Shown here: in pieces, positions 49,340 through 60,210 of the stretch
Layout: every line of letters begins with the position of its first letter
Position numbering within the stretch: position 1 is the stretch's first letter
Assembly: GCA_944363635.1 (NCBI GenBank)
Contig: CALVUP010000001.1
Span: 16,235 to 80,234, forward strand
DNA: 64,000 nt
Source: an uncultured Bacilli bacterium
Lineage (GTDB): Bacteria > Bacillota_I > Bacilli_A > RF39 > UBA660
Reading direction: 5' to 3'
Position numbers and translations under genes: made by a program
Notes under the pieces: model-generated
Databases searched by the model: none
Told to the model about the DNA's origin: nothing
Seen by the model: only the letters and a program-made list of their open reading frames with translations

Positions 49340-50320
49340 ATGCTGACATTAACAAAAGCCGTATTTACAGTTATGATAGGTTTTTTATCCTCTATATTTT
49401 TAGGATTGATTTTAATTCCTTTATTAAAAAAATTAAATATTGGACAAAGAATCAGTATTTTTGTAGGAGAGAATCATAGAGAAAAACAAGGTACACCTAC
49501 TATGGGAGGATTAATATTTATTATTCCAACCGTGGTTATTACTTTATTGTTGGTGGCTATGCATAAATTAACTTGGCATTGGTCATTGTATTTGACTTTG
49601 CTGGTTTTTGTTTGTTATGGGATTATAGGATTCTTGGATGATTTTTTAAGTATAAAAAAGAAAGATAATGAAGGTTTAAATACTTATCAAAAGTTGTTTT
49701 TACAATTATTAGTAGCAATTGCCTTTTTCTATATTTATATCAAAAATGGTGGCTCTACTGCCTTAGTGGTTAGTACACTTCATATCAATATAGAAATGGG
49801 ATGGTTATATGGATTGTTTATTCTTTTCATTTTAATAGGGTGTTCAAATGCTGTAAACTTAACAGATGGGCTTGATGGTCTAGCTGGAAGTCTATCCGCT
49901 GTTGCTTTAGTTGCTTTTGCACTTATTTCTTTAATGGTAGGATTTGAAGATATTGGATATTTTACTTTAATTCTTACAGGAGCTGTTACTGGATTTTTGA
50001 TCTTTAATATGCATCCAGCCAAAGTTTTTATGGGTGATACAGGATCGTTGGCGCTAGGTGCTGTAATGGCTTGTATTGCTATTATTGTGCATAGAGAAAT
50101 TACTTTATTAGTTGTAGCCGGTGTTTTTGTTATTGAAACATTAAGTGTTATTCTTCAAGTCATTTGGTTGTTTGTATTTAAAAAGAAATTATTCTTAATG
50201 ACACCACTTCATCATCACTTTGAAAAATTAGGATGGAGTGAAGTGGATATTGTAAAAGCTTTCTTAGTGGTAGGCATTACTTTAGCTATGGCGGGTATTT
50301 TCTTTGGTGTTTGGTTATAG
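49340..50320 (+). CDS. mraY: phospho-N-acetylmuramoyl-pentapeptide transferase
   Basis: 'GTPTMGGLIFI', 'NAVNLTDGLDGLA' and 'MGDTGSLALG' MraY motifs. Confidence 0.9.
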   Translation: MLTLTKAVFTVMIGFLSSIFLGLILIPLLKKLNIGQRISIFVGENHREKQGTPTMGGLIFIIPTVVITLLLVAMHKLTWHWSLYLTLLVFVCYGIIGFLDDFLSIKKKDNEGLNTYQKLFLQLLVAIAFFYIYIKNGGSTALVVSTLHINIEMGWLYGLFILFILIGCSNAVNLTDGLDGLAGSLSAVALVAFALISLMVGFEDIGYFTLILTGAVTGFLIFNMHPAKVFMGDTGSLALGAVMACIAIIVHREITLLVVAGVFVIETLSVILQVIWLFVFKKKLFLMTPLHHHFEKLGWSEVDIVKAFLVVGITLAMAGIFFGVWL

Positions 50321-50425
50321 GAACTTGTTTAAGTTCTTTTTTTGTAAATAAGTGTCAAACCTTAGTTTATTTTCTTTGCGAATATCTATTTCTTATATTA
50401 TGCTATTACTATAGAGGGTGATAAT

Positions 50426-51601
50426 ATGGATAATGAAGAAATAGAAACTCTAGAACTAGAAACAAAACGAATTCGAACGATTGATCCCAGTTCAAAAGTA
50501 GAAGTCAGAACTTATAATGATGATGAAGATTATACAGTGCATAGTGAAACAACAAAAGACATTGAAGAAGGAGAATATATTCGAGTAGAAAAAGATGCCA
50601 CTACAGACGAAGATAAAATTGTTCCACATAGTGAAATTGCAATATGGAGCTATAATGATGAAAGTACGGGCTTAAATATATCCACAATTGGAGATAAAAG
50701 TGGGCCTCCGAAAGAAGGAAGTTATGTTAAGGTAAACTATGAAGATGTAGTTGTAATCAAAGAAGAGGATACGCTTAAAGCACCAGAAGTGCAAACTACG
50801 AATGCAAACGGAGTAGTAGCACAACAACAACAACCAGTACCAACAGGAAAAACAAGAGAGCAAAAAAGAAAAGAGATTCAAAAGAAAGTAAAACAAGCCA
50901 TTGCAGCAATTATTATTCCAATTGTAATTGTTACAGGTGCAAAGGCCTGTGGACCAGTAAAAGACATAGAACCAGATACAAATACACAAATTGTAAGCAT
51001 TACAGATCAAGATATTTATGCACTTATCGATGAGATGGATAATTCCGTAAGTGGCATTCGAGATGTAGTAAGAAATAGTGAAATGCAACCAGCTGCCATA
51101 GAAGATGATCAAACTTTATTAGGGCAGCCAGTAACACATACAGTTCAAGAAGGAAATCAGTTAATTATGGAAGGCAATGAACTAGCAAATGATTATGAAG
51201 GCTTTGTAGAAAAAACAAGCTCAGATCCGCAAATTACTTATGGTGAAGCCGTTGCCTATGTAGATGAAGGAATTCAAATATTAGATCGTGTAGAGGATTT
51301 CTATGAATACGATAGAGAGTTGATGGAAATTCATGCCAAGACAAATAAAGAAATTGAAGAAAAAGGGTTGCGTACGGAGGCAACCCATCATGAAGGAGAA
51401 AATACAGAAGGACAAATTGCACTCAGAACCGATCAGCTAGAACAAATCGCACAAGTTAAACAAACTTTTATTGAAGCACAACAAACATTATTAGATACAG
51501 ATCAAAAAGATTTTGATGCAATGACACAGTCATCTACTACAACACAAACACAAGTTGTACAAAATGTAGAACAAGAATCTGATGGAAAAGGGGCTAAATA
51601 A
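50426..51601 (+). CDS. hypothetical bitopic protein in the division/cell-wall cluster
   Basis: GAGGGTGA RBS. Acidic N-half, central TM 'AIAAIIIPIVIVTGA', Q/E-rich C-half. Confidence 0.45.
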   Translation: MDNEEIETLELETKRIRTIDPSSKVEVRTYNDDEDYTVHSETTKDIEEGEYIRVEKDATTDEDKIVPHSEIAIWSYNDESTGLNISTIGDKSGPPKEGSYVKVNYEDVVVIKEEDTLKAPEVQTTNANGVVAQQQQPVPTGKTREQKRKEIQKKVKQAIAAIIIPIVIVTGAKACGPVKDIEPDTNTQIVSITDQDIYALIDEMDNSVSGIRDVVRNSEMQPAAIEDDQTLLGQPVTHTVQEGNQLIMEGNELANDYEGFVEKTSSDPQITYGEAVAYVDEGIQILDRVEDFYEYDRELMEIHAKTNKEIEEKGLRTEATHHEGENTEGQIALRTDQLEQIAQVKQTFIEAQQTLLDTDQKDFDAMTQSSTTTQTQVVQNVEQESDGKGAK

Positions 51602-51825
51602 TGCAGTTAAGTAGATATGATACAGTTCGAATGAACAATAAGGAATATTATGTAATGGATATTATAAAATGTAACAATAAGCAATATGTATATATGGTTA
51701 ATTCTGAAAGTGATGAAGTTTTACTATTACGTATGGAAAAAGATGGTTTTGTAGGAGTAACCAAAGAAGAAGCCGAGAAAGTAGGGCTACAATTTAAAGA
51801 AAAATATTATCCGGAAAATAATTAA
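51601..51825 (+). CDS. small hypothetical protein
   Basis: Overlaps the upstream stop (TAATG). 74 aa. Confidence 0.35.
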   Translation: MQLSRYDTVRMNNKEYYVMDIIKCNNKQYVYMVNSESDEVLLLRMEKDGFVGVTKEEAEKVGLQFKEKYYPENN

Positions 51826-51880
51826 GAATTTATAAGTAATATTATAAATTTTTTTTTATACAATTAAATAGGTGGTATCG

Positions 51881-52969
51881 ATGAAAAAAAGATATGATAT
51901 TCTATTATTTCTTGCTACAATTGTAATTACTATTTTCGGTATTGTTATGATTTATTCAGCATCTTCTATATGGTCGGCTTATAAATTTGGAGATGCTTTT
52001 AAGTATGTCAAAAATCAAGCCTTATTTGGTATAATTGGTGTTATAGTCATGCTGTTGTTAAGAAAAGTGGATTATAAAATTTATTATAAGAAAACCAATT
52101 TCATTTTAATTGCCTGTTTTATTTTACTTATTTTAGTTTTAATCCCGGGCATTGGTAGTATTCGTAATGGCAGCCGAAGTTGGTTTGGAATTGGTGGATT
52201 TGGTATTCAACCTAGTGAAGCAGCCAAAATAGGTTTAATTATGTTTACTGCTAAATACTTAGAAAAAAGCAATAAATTTATTAAAAATTTAAAAAAAGGA
52301 GTTTTTCCTATTTTAATAATTCTTTTTTTAATTTTTGGACTTATTATGTTACAACCGGATTTTGGGACAGGTATGATCATTGTGATTAGTATTATTGCTA
52401 TGCTCTTTATTGCTGGTGTGAATATGAAATTTTTTATAGCGGGTGGCGTAATAGGTATTATAGGAATCGTTGCTTTAATTTTAATTGCACCTTATCGAAT
52501 GGATCGCATTACTTCTTTTTTAAATCCATGGAGCGATCCGCTAGGTACTGGGTTTCAAATCATTCAATCTTTATATGCCATAGGGCCAGGAGGACTACTT
52601 GGTGTTGGTTTTTTAAATTCAAGACAGAAACAATTCTATTTACCAGAACCACAAACCGATTTTATTTTTTCAATTATTAGTGAAGAATTAGGAATCTTAG
52701 GTGTTTTGCTTGTTTCTTTTCTTTTCATAACCATTTTATGGTGTGGATTTAAAATTGCATTAAATAGTAAAAATTTATTTGCCAAATACTTAGCTTTTGG
52801 TCTTACTTTTCAAATGCTTGTCCAAGCAATTCTAAATTTAATGGTCGTTATTGGAATGATCCCGGTAACTGGTGTTACATTGCCCTTTTTATCTTATGGA
52901 GGTTCTTCCTTGCTTGTTAGTATGGCTAGTATTGGAATTCTTTTAAATATTGCAAAACAACAAGAATAA
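51881..52969 (+). CDS. FtsW/RodA/SpoVE (SEDS) family protein, second paralogue
   Basis: 'GSRSWFGIGGFGIQPSEAAK', 'YLPEPQTDFIFSIISEELG' and 'GVTLPFLSYGGSS'. AGGTGG RBS at ATG 51881. Confidence 0.8.
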   Translation: MKKRYDILLFLATIVITIFGIVMIYSASSIWSAYKFGDAFKYVKNQALFGIIGVIVMLLLRKVDYKIYYKKTNFILIACFILLILVLIPGIGSIRNGSRSWFGIGGFGIQPSEAAKIGLIMFTAKYLEKSNKFIKNLKKGVFPILIILFLIFGLIMLQPDFGTGMIIVISIIAMLFIAGVNMKFFIAGGVIGIIGIVALILIAPYRMDRITSFLNPWSDPLGTGFQIIQSLYAIGPGGLLGVGFLNSRQKQFYLPEPQTDFIFSIISEELGILGVLLVSFLFITILWCGFKIALNSKNLFAKYLAFGLTFQMLVQAILNLMVVIGMIPVTGVTLPFLSYGGSSLLVSMASIGILLNIAKQQE

Positions 52970-52991
52970 TGTTTATAGAAAGAGGGACAAA

Positions 52992-53999
52992 ATGACATTA
53001 TGGGATTATTTACAAGATAGACAGGCAAAAGAAATAACATCAGTCAATGAAATCGATGCTTTAATATTCAATAAACTTACTTATCTTTCTTTTGAGGCAT
53101 TTATGAATGAAGAAGATACTCTAACTCTCCAAGAAGCGTATCAAAGAAAACAACAGAAAAACATTTTTTTTAGCGATGAAGAAGAAAGATTCTTTTCTCT
53201 TTTGTCACAACATCCTCGTTATCAAAATTTACTTCTTGAAAAAATTATCAGCAAATTGGATTATGAAAAAGAAGAACAGTTTATGGCTATGTGTATTGTT
53301 TTACCAAACAAGTCGCTTTATATTGCATACCGAGGAACCACAGAAGAGCTTGTCGCATGGAAAGAAGACTTAAATATGTCTTATATGACGATTCCTGCAC
53401 AAAAAGATGCACTGGCATATTTAAATCAATTTAAAGAAGCCAAAAAGATTTACATTGGCGGACATTCTAAAGGTGGGAATCTGGCCATGTATGCAGCGGT
53501 ATATGCAGAAAATCAGATTAAAGAGAGCATTGTTTGTGTTTATAATTATGATGGTCCTGGTTTTTTAGAATTAGATCAAAACTACGTAAAAATGAAAAAT
53601 AAAATTGTTTCTTATATTCCGAGTGATTCCATTGTCGGAAGATTATTTAAAAAAACGCATAAGACAATTGTTGTAAAAAGTACTTATCGAGGGTTAAAAC
53701 AACATGATTTAGTGAACTGGCAGATAAAAAACAATACTTTGGTACTAAGCAATTTAAGTAAGGAGAGTCATTTTATAACCGTAGCGATTGATTTATTTTT
53801 AAAAACGATTGACCAACAAGAATGGATTGCCCTTATAAATTCTATATATATAATTTTAGTAGAAATGGGAATTACAAATATAAAACAAATACGTTTTAGC
53901 GATATAAAAGAAAGGATTATTTCTTATTCTCAAATGGAAAGAAGTAAGAAAGAGTTATTGATTGCTATTATACAATACTTATTAAATTTTAATCTATAG
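52992..53999 (+). CDS. DUF2974/Mbeg1-like alpha/beta-hydrolase (lipase class 3-like)
   Basis: 'IYIGGHSKGGNLAMYAA' nucleophile-elbow motif. AGAGGGA RBS at ATG 52992. Confidence 0.5.
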   Translation: MTLWDYLQDRQAKEITSVNEIDALIFNKLTYLSFEAFMNEEDTLTLQEAYQRKQQKNIFFSDEEERFFSLLSQHPRYQNLLLEKIISKLDYEKEEQFMAMCIVLPNKSLYIAYRGTTEELVAWKEDLNMSYMTIPAQKDALAYLNQFKEAKKIYIGGHSKGGNLAMYAAVYAENQIKESIVCVYNYDGPGFLELDQNYVKMKNKIVSYIPSDSIVGRLFKKTHKTIVVKSTYRGLKQHDLVNWQIKNNTLVLSNLSKESHFITVAIDLFLKTIDQQEWIALINSIYIILVEMGITNIKQIRFSDIKERIISYSQMERSKKELLIAIIQYLLNFNL

Positions 54000-54214
54000 G
54001 ATTCATTTATTACCGTAAAAACATGAAAAGAATGCTTCTATATGTTTTTATAGAACAGGGAGTAGCCATGTTTACAACCGTTTTAAGAACAATGGAAATA
54101 GAAAAGATCAATATAAAAACAATAAACGAATAAATTTATCAGAAGATAAAATAGTAAAAGAATTATTATTAGGAAATATAAAGGATATGGTATAATTGTT
54201 TTGAGGTGAATTTT

Positions 54215-54682
54215 ATGAAAATCCTTTATGTTCATCATGCGGATAGAGATAAAAATAAAAACATCATGCAACAAGAACAAGATATAACAAAAAATGGTAT
54301 AAAAGAAGCTTCTTTATTAGCTGAAAAATTAAAACAAATAAAAGTAACAGCTATTTATACATCCCCTTATTTAAGATGTAAGCACACGGCTGAAATTTTA
54401 AATCAATATATAAAGGTTCCGATTTATGAGGAAGAACGCTTTAATGAAATGAAAAAAGAGGAGTCTTGGAAAGAACTACAAGAAAGGAACATGCAAGCCA
54501 TTGATGATTTAGTAAATAAATACAAAGAAGATGATGATTTTGTTATTTGTGTAACCAGTGGAGTGAATTTATCTGCTTTTATTTATTATTTTACAAAAAT
54601 AAAACCAAGTAATGAAAATCCATGGATACAAGCTGTGGCATGTTCTCCTGTATTGTTTTCCACAAATAACAAAATATTTTAA
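54215..54682 (+). CDS. histidine phosphatase (phosphoglycerate mutase-like) family protein
   Basis: N-terminal 'ILYVHHADR' resembles the RHG-type catalytic start. Small alpha/beta pattern. Start moved to ATG 54215 after GAGGTG. Confidence 0.4.
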   Translation: MKILYVHHADRDKNKNIMQQEQDITKNGIKEASLLAEKLKQIKVTAIYTSPYLRCKHTAEILNQYIKVPIYEEERFNEMKKEESWKELQERNMQAIDDLVNKYKEDDDFVICVTSGVNLSAFIYYFTKIKPSNENPWIQAVACSPVLFSTNNKIF

Positions 54683-54693
54683 TGAGGTGTTTT

Positions 54694-55908
54694 ATGAGCA
54701 AAGTAGTTATTGTAGGTGGAGGTGCATCTGGATTAGTCGCAGCCATCTATGCAAGAAAAAACAAGAATGAAGTACTCGTTTTAGAAAAAGAAGCAAAAGT
54801 AGGGAAAAAGATTTTAGCAACTGGAAATGGAAGATGTAATTATTGGAATAAATATCAGGACGTATCACACTATCATTCTAGAAATAAAGAACTTTTAGAC
54901 AAAATCATTACAAAAGAAAATCAAGAAGAAATACTTTCTTTTTTTTCTCATATTGGTATTCTTCCTAAAATAAAAAACGGTTATTATTATCCAAATAGCA
55001 ATCAAGCAAGTAGTGTCCGAGATGCTTTATTTTTACAGGCAAAGTTAGTAGGGGTTCAGTTTTTAACGAATGGTATGGTTTTAGATGTTGAAAAAAAAGA
55101 GGATCAGTTTATCATTACCACCCAAGATAACCAAATTTTAGCAGATAAAGTCGTTATAGCTACAGGATCTTATGCAGGAGTAAAAGAAGAAGTAAATGGT
55201 TATGCTATAGCGCAAAAGTTTCATCATACGATTATTGATGTTGTCCCAGCTTTGGTGCAATTAAAAGCCGAAGGTTCTTTCTTAAAAGCATGGTCAGGTA
55301 TTCGTTGTGATGCTTCTATTCGATTATATGAAAATAATGAGTTTGTGAAAGAAGAATTCGGAGAAATTCAATTAACCGATTATGGTATTAGTGGTATTTG
55401 TACTTTTAACTTAAGTCATATTGTAGCAAGAGGATTAAAAGAAAAGAAAGAGGAACATGTTGTTATTGACTTTTTACCACTCATAAAAACCAGTTCTATA
55501 GAAGCATTTATAAAGTGGATTGATGAAAGAAATACTTTTGTAAAGAATCGCAATTTGCTCGAACTTTTCGAAGGAATTTTAAATTATAAATTGATGATGG
55601 TTCTTTTAAAACAAAGTCAGTTGAATCCAACAAAACACTGGGAACATTTAAATAAAAATGAAAAATTTGCATTAGCAAAAGCTATAAAATATTTTCATTT
55701 AGATATCATTGGAACAAATCCATATATAAAAGCCCAAGTATGTAGTGGCGGAGTGAAGTTGGATGAATTTTATCTAGATACTTTTGAATCGAAAAAAGAA
55801 AAAGGATTGTACTTTGTTGGCGAAATTTTAGATGTCGATGGAGATTGTGGCGGATATAATTTATCTTTTGCCTGGATCAGTGGAATGAAATGTGGTAAGA
55901 GTTTATGA
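54694..55908 (+). CDS. HI0933-like FAD-dependent flavoprotein (aminoacetone oxidase family)
   Basis: 'VVIVGGGASGLVAAIYA' dinucleotide fold. C-terminal 'GGYNLSFAWISG'. Confidence 0.65.
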   Translation: MSKVVIVGGGASGLVAAIYARKNKNEVLVLEKEAKVGKKILATGNGRCNYWNKYQDVSHYHSRNKELLDKIITKENQEEILSFFSHIGILPKIKNGYYYPNSNQASSVRDALFLQAKLVGVQFLTNGMVLDVEKKEDQFIITTQDNQILADKVVIATGSYAGVKEEVNGYAIAQKFHHTIIDVVPALVQLKAEGSFLKAWSGIRCDASIRLYENNEFVKEEFGEIQLTDYGISGICTFNLSHIVARGLKEKKEEHVVIDFLPLIKTSSIEAFIKWIDERNTFVKNRNLLELFEGILNYKLMMVLLKQSQLNPTKHWEHLNKNEKFALAKAIKYFHLDIIGTNPYIKAQVCSGGVKLDEFYLDTFESKKEKGLYFVGEILDVDGDCGGYNLSFAWISGMKCGKSL

Positions 55909-57494
55909 TTCGTGTAAAACAAATAAAAGTAAGTATTGATAAAAATACTAAAGAAGAAATCAAAGAAAAAGTTATTAAAAAATTACATATTCCTCCAGCT
56001 GACGTTTTAGATATAAAAATAAAAAAACAATCCTTGGACGCTAGAGAAAAACCAAATTTATTTTTTGTTTATGATCTTTTAGTAACGATAAAACATGAAC
56101 AAAAATATTTAAAGAAGAACAGGAATAAAGATATAGTGCTTTATCAAGAAGAAACATTTGAAGTAAAAGAAATTGGATCTAAAAAAATGAATACGAGACC
56201 AATTGTGGTAGGTAGTGGCCCAGCAGGATTATTCTGCGCTTATTTACTTGCCTTTTATGGATATAAACCAATCATTATTGAACGTGGAGAGGATATAGAA
56301 AAAAGAGTGAAAGCAATAGAACAATTTTGGCAAACGAATCGATTAAATGAAAATAATAATGTCCAGTTTGGTCTAGGAGGTGCGGGTACATTTTCAGATG
56401 GAAAATTAAATACTTTAGTAAAAGACAAAAGGCATATTGGAAGGAAGGTTTTCGAAATTTTTGTAGAGTGTGGTGCCCCAAAAGAAATTATGTATGTCAA
56501 TAAACCCCATATTGGAACCGATCTTTTACGAAAGGTAATATCCACTTTAAAAGAAAAAATTGAAAGTATGGGAGGAGAATTTTATTTTCATACCTGTCTT
56601 ACTGATATTTCTATCAAAAACCACAAATTAGAAAAGATTGAAATAAATAATAAGCAATGGTTTGAATGCGAAAATTTAATTTTAGCGATTGGACATAGTG
56701 CGAGAGATACTTTTGAAATGTTATTGAAGCGAAACGTTTCTATACAACAAAAACCTTTCGCAGTAGGAATTCGTATTCAACATCCTCAAGAAATGATTAA
56801 TCGTGCACAATATGGTAAAACGGATTCTAAAGAACTAGGACCAGCAAGTTATAAGCTAACTTATAAGACAAAATCTGGTAAAGGGGTTTATTCTTTTTGC
56901 ATGTGCCCAGGAGGATATGTTATAAATGCCTCTAGTGAGCAAAATCACTTAGCCATTAATGGTATGAGTAACCATGCTCGAGACACCAAGAATGCCAATA
57001 GTGCAATTTTGGTTACTGTAGATAAAAGTGATTTTGGTATAGGAATACTTGATGGAATGTATTTCCAAAGAGCTTTAGAAGAAAAAGCTTATCAAGTAGG
57101 TAAGGGAAATATTCCTATACAAACCTATAAAGATTTTAAATCCAATCAAAAAAGTACAAATTTAGGAAAAGTAGAAGCCATTTATAAAGGATCTTATACC
57201 TTAACCAATCTACAAGAAATATTCCCAGAAAATATCAATCAGTCTTTAATAGAAGCAATCGATTATTTTGATACCAAAATAAAAGGATTTGCTAGAGAAG
57301 ATGCTCTTTTAGCCGCTGTAGAATCTAGAAGTTCTTCTCCTGTACGAATAAAGCGTGATGAAAACTATCTTTCCAATATCCAAGGTATTTATCCTTGTGG
57401 AGAAGGGGCCGGATATGCTGGAGGTATTACAACTTCTGCTATGGATGGAATAAAAATTGCTGAACAAATCATAAAAACATATCAAAAACCATAA
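55905..57494 (+). CDS. FAD-dependent protein, COG2509-like
   Basis: 'IVVGSGPAGLFCAYLLAFYG' FAD-binding. Overlaps the upstream stop. Confidence 0.6.
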   Translation: MIRVKQIKVSIDKNTKEEIKEKVIKKLHIPPADVLDIKIKKQSLDAREKPNLFFVYDLLVTIKHEQKYLKKNRNKDIVLYQEETFEVKEIGSKKMNTRPIVVGSGPAGLFCAYLLAFYGYKPIIIERGEDIEKRVKAIEQFWQTNRLNENNNVQFGLGGAGTFSDGKLNTLVKDKRHIGRKVFEIFVECGAPKEIMYVNKPHIGTDLLRKVISTLKEKIESMGGEFYFHTCLTDISIKNHKLEKIEINNKQWFECENLILAIGHSARDTFEMLLKRNVSIQQKPFAVGIRIQHPQEMINRAQYGKTDSKELGPASYKLTYKTKSGKGVYSFCMCPGGYVINASSEQNHLAINGMSNHARDTKNANSAILVTVDKSDFGIGILDGMYFQRALEEKAYQVGKGNIPIQTYKDFKSNQKSTNLGKVEAIYKGSYTLTNLQEIFPENINQSLIEAIDYFDTKIKGFAREDALLAAVESRSSSPVRIKRDENYLSNIQGIYPCGEGAGYAGGITTSAMDGIKIAEQIIKTYQKP

Positions 57495-57505
57495 AAATAA
57501 GGATA

Positions 57506-58201
57506 CTATTTGGTATCCTTATTATAGTCTACAGGAGTATTGTCAAATTCTTTTCCAATAATAAATTCGTGTAAAATTTCTTCTTCGTTTTCAACAGCAA
57601 TTTCTTCAATTCGATCCACACGACATTTTTCAGCAATTAAAATGGATTCTACTTTCAATATTGCTTCTTCAAGTTCATCATTGACAACAACATAATTGTA
57701 TTTGTTAATTTCATTAATTTCTTTATAAGCTGTTTTAAATCGGTCAATAATTTGTTCATTATTTTCAAGCCCACGAGCCTTTATTCTTTTCTTTAATTCT
57801 TCAAAAGAAGGTGCTAAGATAAAAATTAAAATGGTTTCTGGAAATAGTTCTTTGACTTGTTGTGCGCCTTGAACATCAATTTCTAAAATAACATCTTTTC
57901 CAGATTCTAAAGTCTCTTCAATTTCTTGCTTTGGTGTACCAAAATATTCTCCATAACGAACTTTCGCATATTCTAAGAAATCATTGTTTTTAATTTTTTC
58001 TTCAAATTGTTCTCTGGATACAAAATAATAATCAACGCCATCTACTTCGCCACCACGCATAGGACGTGAAGTATAAGAAATGGATAAAGTCATTTCATCA
58101 TGTTTTTTAAGTAAATGACGAATAATCGTTCCTTTTCCTGCACAAGTAGGACCTGAAATAATAATTAATTCTCCTCGTTTTCGATGTTTAATATTTGACA
58201 T
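57506..58201 (-). CDS. gmk: guanylate kinase
   Basis: 'IIISGPTCAGKGTI' P-loop and 'TSRPMRGGEVDGVDYYFVSREQFE' GMP-binding. GGGAGG RBS. Confidence 0.85.
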   Translation of the reverse strand: MSNIKHRKRGELIIISGPTCAGKGTIIRHLLKKHDEMTLSISYTSRPMRGGEVDGVDYYFVSREQFEEKIKNNDFLEYAKVRYGEYFGTPKQEIEETLESGKDVILEIDVQGAQQVKELFPETILIFILAPSFEELKKRIKARGLENNEQIIDRFKTAYKEINEINKYNYVVVNDELEEAILKVESILIAEKCRVDRIEEIAVENEEEILHEFIIGKEFDNTPVDYNKDTK

Positions 58202-58281
58202 AAGAACCTCCCTTGATTGATTAATTATAACTTTTTATCAAAAAATATTCAAGTAAAACATGAAAATATGTTACAATTCAA

Positions 58282-59208
58282 ATGGTGAGGAGTATGCTAA
58301 AAGAGGAAAGACTAGAACAAATCAAATATGTTGTAACTAAGAGTACATATGTAACAATAAATCACAAAAAGATAGAAGAGTTTGTAAATACCATGGATTT
58401 TAATTTTCATACGCACCATTTTTTAGAGGATGTTTATGATCAATATACTGAAAAGCAAAGGATTTTACTTGCCTTTTTGCTTGAATCTATAAACTTTTGC
58501 TTTTACAAGGATCCTCATTTTCAGTACAAAGATGAAAAAAACAGTAGTGCAATGTTTCAAATGTTTGTGGATAAAACATTAGAAGATAATAGACTCTTAG
58601 ATATAATGTATTTAAAAGGAATGACATATGAAGATTTTATAGCTATATTTGGTATAGAAGAAGGAAATTTAAAAAAGAGATTTCAAACCTTTATGGAAAC
58701 AGTAAACTCTATTTCTAATCATAATTTTTATGAAGAATTGTTTTCTTTAAAAAATACAGGAGAATTCTATAATTATATTGTTACCAATTTCAAATCTTTT
58801 AATGATGTAGCTATTTATAAAGGAAAAGAAATCAAGTTTTATAAACGTGCCACTTTATTAATTCATGATTTGTTTTTTGTAAGCGATACAATCAAAAAGA
58901 ATATAAAAAATGTAGATGATCTTTTAGGATGTGCCGATTATGTGATTCCAAAAGGGATGCATGCTTATGGAATGTTAGAATATACTGAAAAACTAGAAGA
59001 TAAAATCAATCGTTATGTGAAAATAGAACCATTTAGTGAAGAAGAAGTTGAAATAAGAGCGAATATGTTATGGGTACTTGAACTCATAAAGAAAAAATTA
59101 AAAGAAAAAGAAATTGTAATCAATTCTATTACATTGGATAATATACTTTGGGCGAATCTAAGAGGAAATAAAGGTATTAATCACCGTTGTGATACCATTT
59201 ATTACTAG
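58282..59208 (+). CDS. queuosine salvage protein Qng1 (DUF2419)
   Basis: Matches recalled human C9orf64/Qng1: 'GKEIKFYKRATLLIHDL', 'CADYVIPKGMHAYGMLEY', C-terminal 'LWANLRGN...HRCDTIYY'. Confidence 0.55.
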   Translation: MVRSMLKEERLEQIKYVVTKSTYVTINHKKIEEFVNTMDFNFHTHHFLEDVYDQYTEKQRILLAFLLESINFCFYKDPHFQYKDEKNSSAMFQMFVDKTLEDNRLLDIMYLKGMTYEDFIAIFGIEEGNLKKRFQTFMETVNSISNHNFYEELFSLKNTGEFYNYIVTNFKSFNDVAIYKGKEIKFYKRATLLIHDLFFVSDTIKKNIKNVDDLLGCADYVIPKGMHAYGMLEYTEKLEDKINRYVKIEPFSEEEVEIRANMLWVLELIKKKLKEKEIVINSITLDNILWANLRGNKGINHRCDTIYY

Positions 59209-59216
59209 GAGGTTAT

Positions 59217-59912
59217 ATGAAAAATTATAATGATGGGACTGTTAAAAATTTAGAAGAAATAGAAAATCCAGAACAAGCAATACATGATTTTGCAGAAGGT
59301 AGTGAAGCTTTGGAAGATTTATTAAAATTTTGTTATGAAAATGGCATTAAAACCAAAGCTTGTTGTAGAGGACACGAAAAAGATTTTTCACATCCTTATA
59401 TTTTATTTGAAGATACGGCACTCAATTATTTAAGCAATTTAGAAGAAGTAGTTGCTGTTATTGATGCCGAAATAACCTATACACCTAAAATATCTGCTTC
59501 TTGGCCTGCTCGATGTGGTGTTCACTGTAAACATAACAACCCAGAAAGTTCAGATTTATTCTTTAAAAATATAAAGGGCATTTTAGAATATACGATTGAA
59601 CAAAACGAAATACATTTACCAAAATCTTTTGAGCTCGTTGATAGAATTAATGACAATATAAATCGTTCTTTTTTCTTAAGTGGAAAAATTGCTCCACACA
59701 TTCAAAAAAATATAAAAGGGACGGATCAATATACCTATACTTTAACCACTCCTTGGGCAGCGATTGTCAATGGTAAAGATAGTACAACTTTATCTCATGA
59801 ATTAGAAGAAATAGATAACAATCGTATAAATCCTTGTCAAATGACTCTGGATATAAACGGATTAAGTCGATATGCAGAAAAAATAGAACAACTCTTTTCT
59901 AAGAAGAAGTAG
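59217..59912 (+). CDS. Cys/His-rich hypothetical protein
   Basis: AGGAGG RBS. 'KACCRGHEKDFSHP' and 'ARCGVHCKHNNPE' clusters. Confidence 0.45.
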   Translation: MKNYNDGTVKNLEEIENPEQAIHDFAEGSEALEDLLKFCYENGIKTKACCRGHEKDFSHPYILFEDTALNYLSNLEEVVAVIDAEITYTPKISASWPARCGVHCKHNNPESSDLFFKNIKGILEYTIEQNEIHLPKSFELVDRINDNINRSFFLSGKIAPHIQKNIKGTDQYTYTLTTPWAAIVNGKDSTTLSHELEEIDNNRINPCQMTLDINGLSRYAEKIEQLFSKKK

Positions 59913-59988
59913 TTCTTTTTTTTATTCAAAAAAATATTCTTTACTAAGGTATGAATACTTCATTTTTGATAATAATAGAAGGTGAAAT

Positions 59989-60210
59989 ATGTTCAATAGA
60001 TTGGCATTGTTTTTAATAGGATTTGGCCTTGTAATTATAGGTTTTACATATATGATCATGTATTTAAATTTAATGGCTATAGGCTATACTTTTATTGATT
60101 ATTTATGTTTTATTTTAAAAAGAATTGAATGTTTATTAAGTTTTATTGGACTTGGTTTTATTCTACTATCGTTTTATGGAAAGGGAGATAAATATGCTTT
60201 ACATATATGA
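59989..60210 (+). CDS. small membrane protein, 73 aa
   Basis: AGGTGA RBS. Two hydrophobic helices. Overlaps the next gene's start. Confidence 0.3.
   Translation: MFNRLALFLIGFGLVIIGFTYMIMYLNLMAIGYTFIDYLCFILKRIECLLSFIGLGFILLSFYGKGDKYALHI

Noticed and set aside
54206-54682. Calling the 158-aa protein a bona fide phosphoglycerate mutase
   Set aside because: Only the N-terminal 'HHADR' resembles the catalytic motif. Kept as a low-confidence histidine-phosphatase family call.
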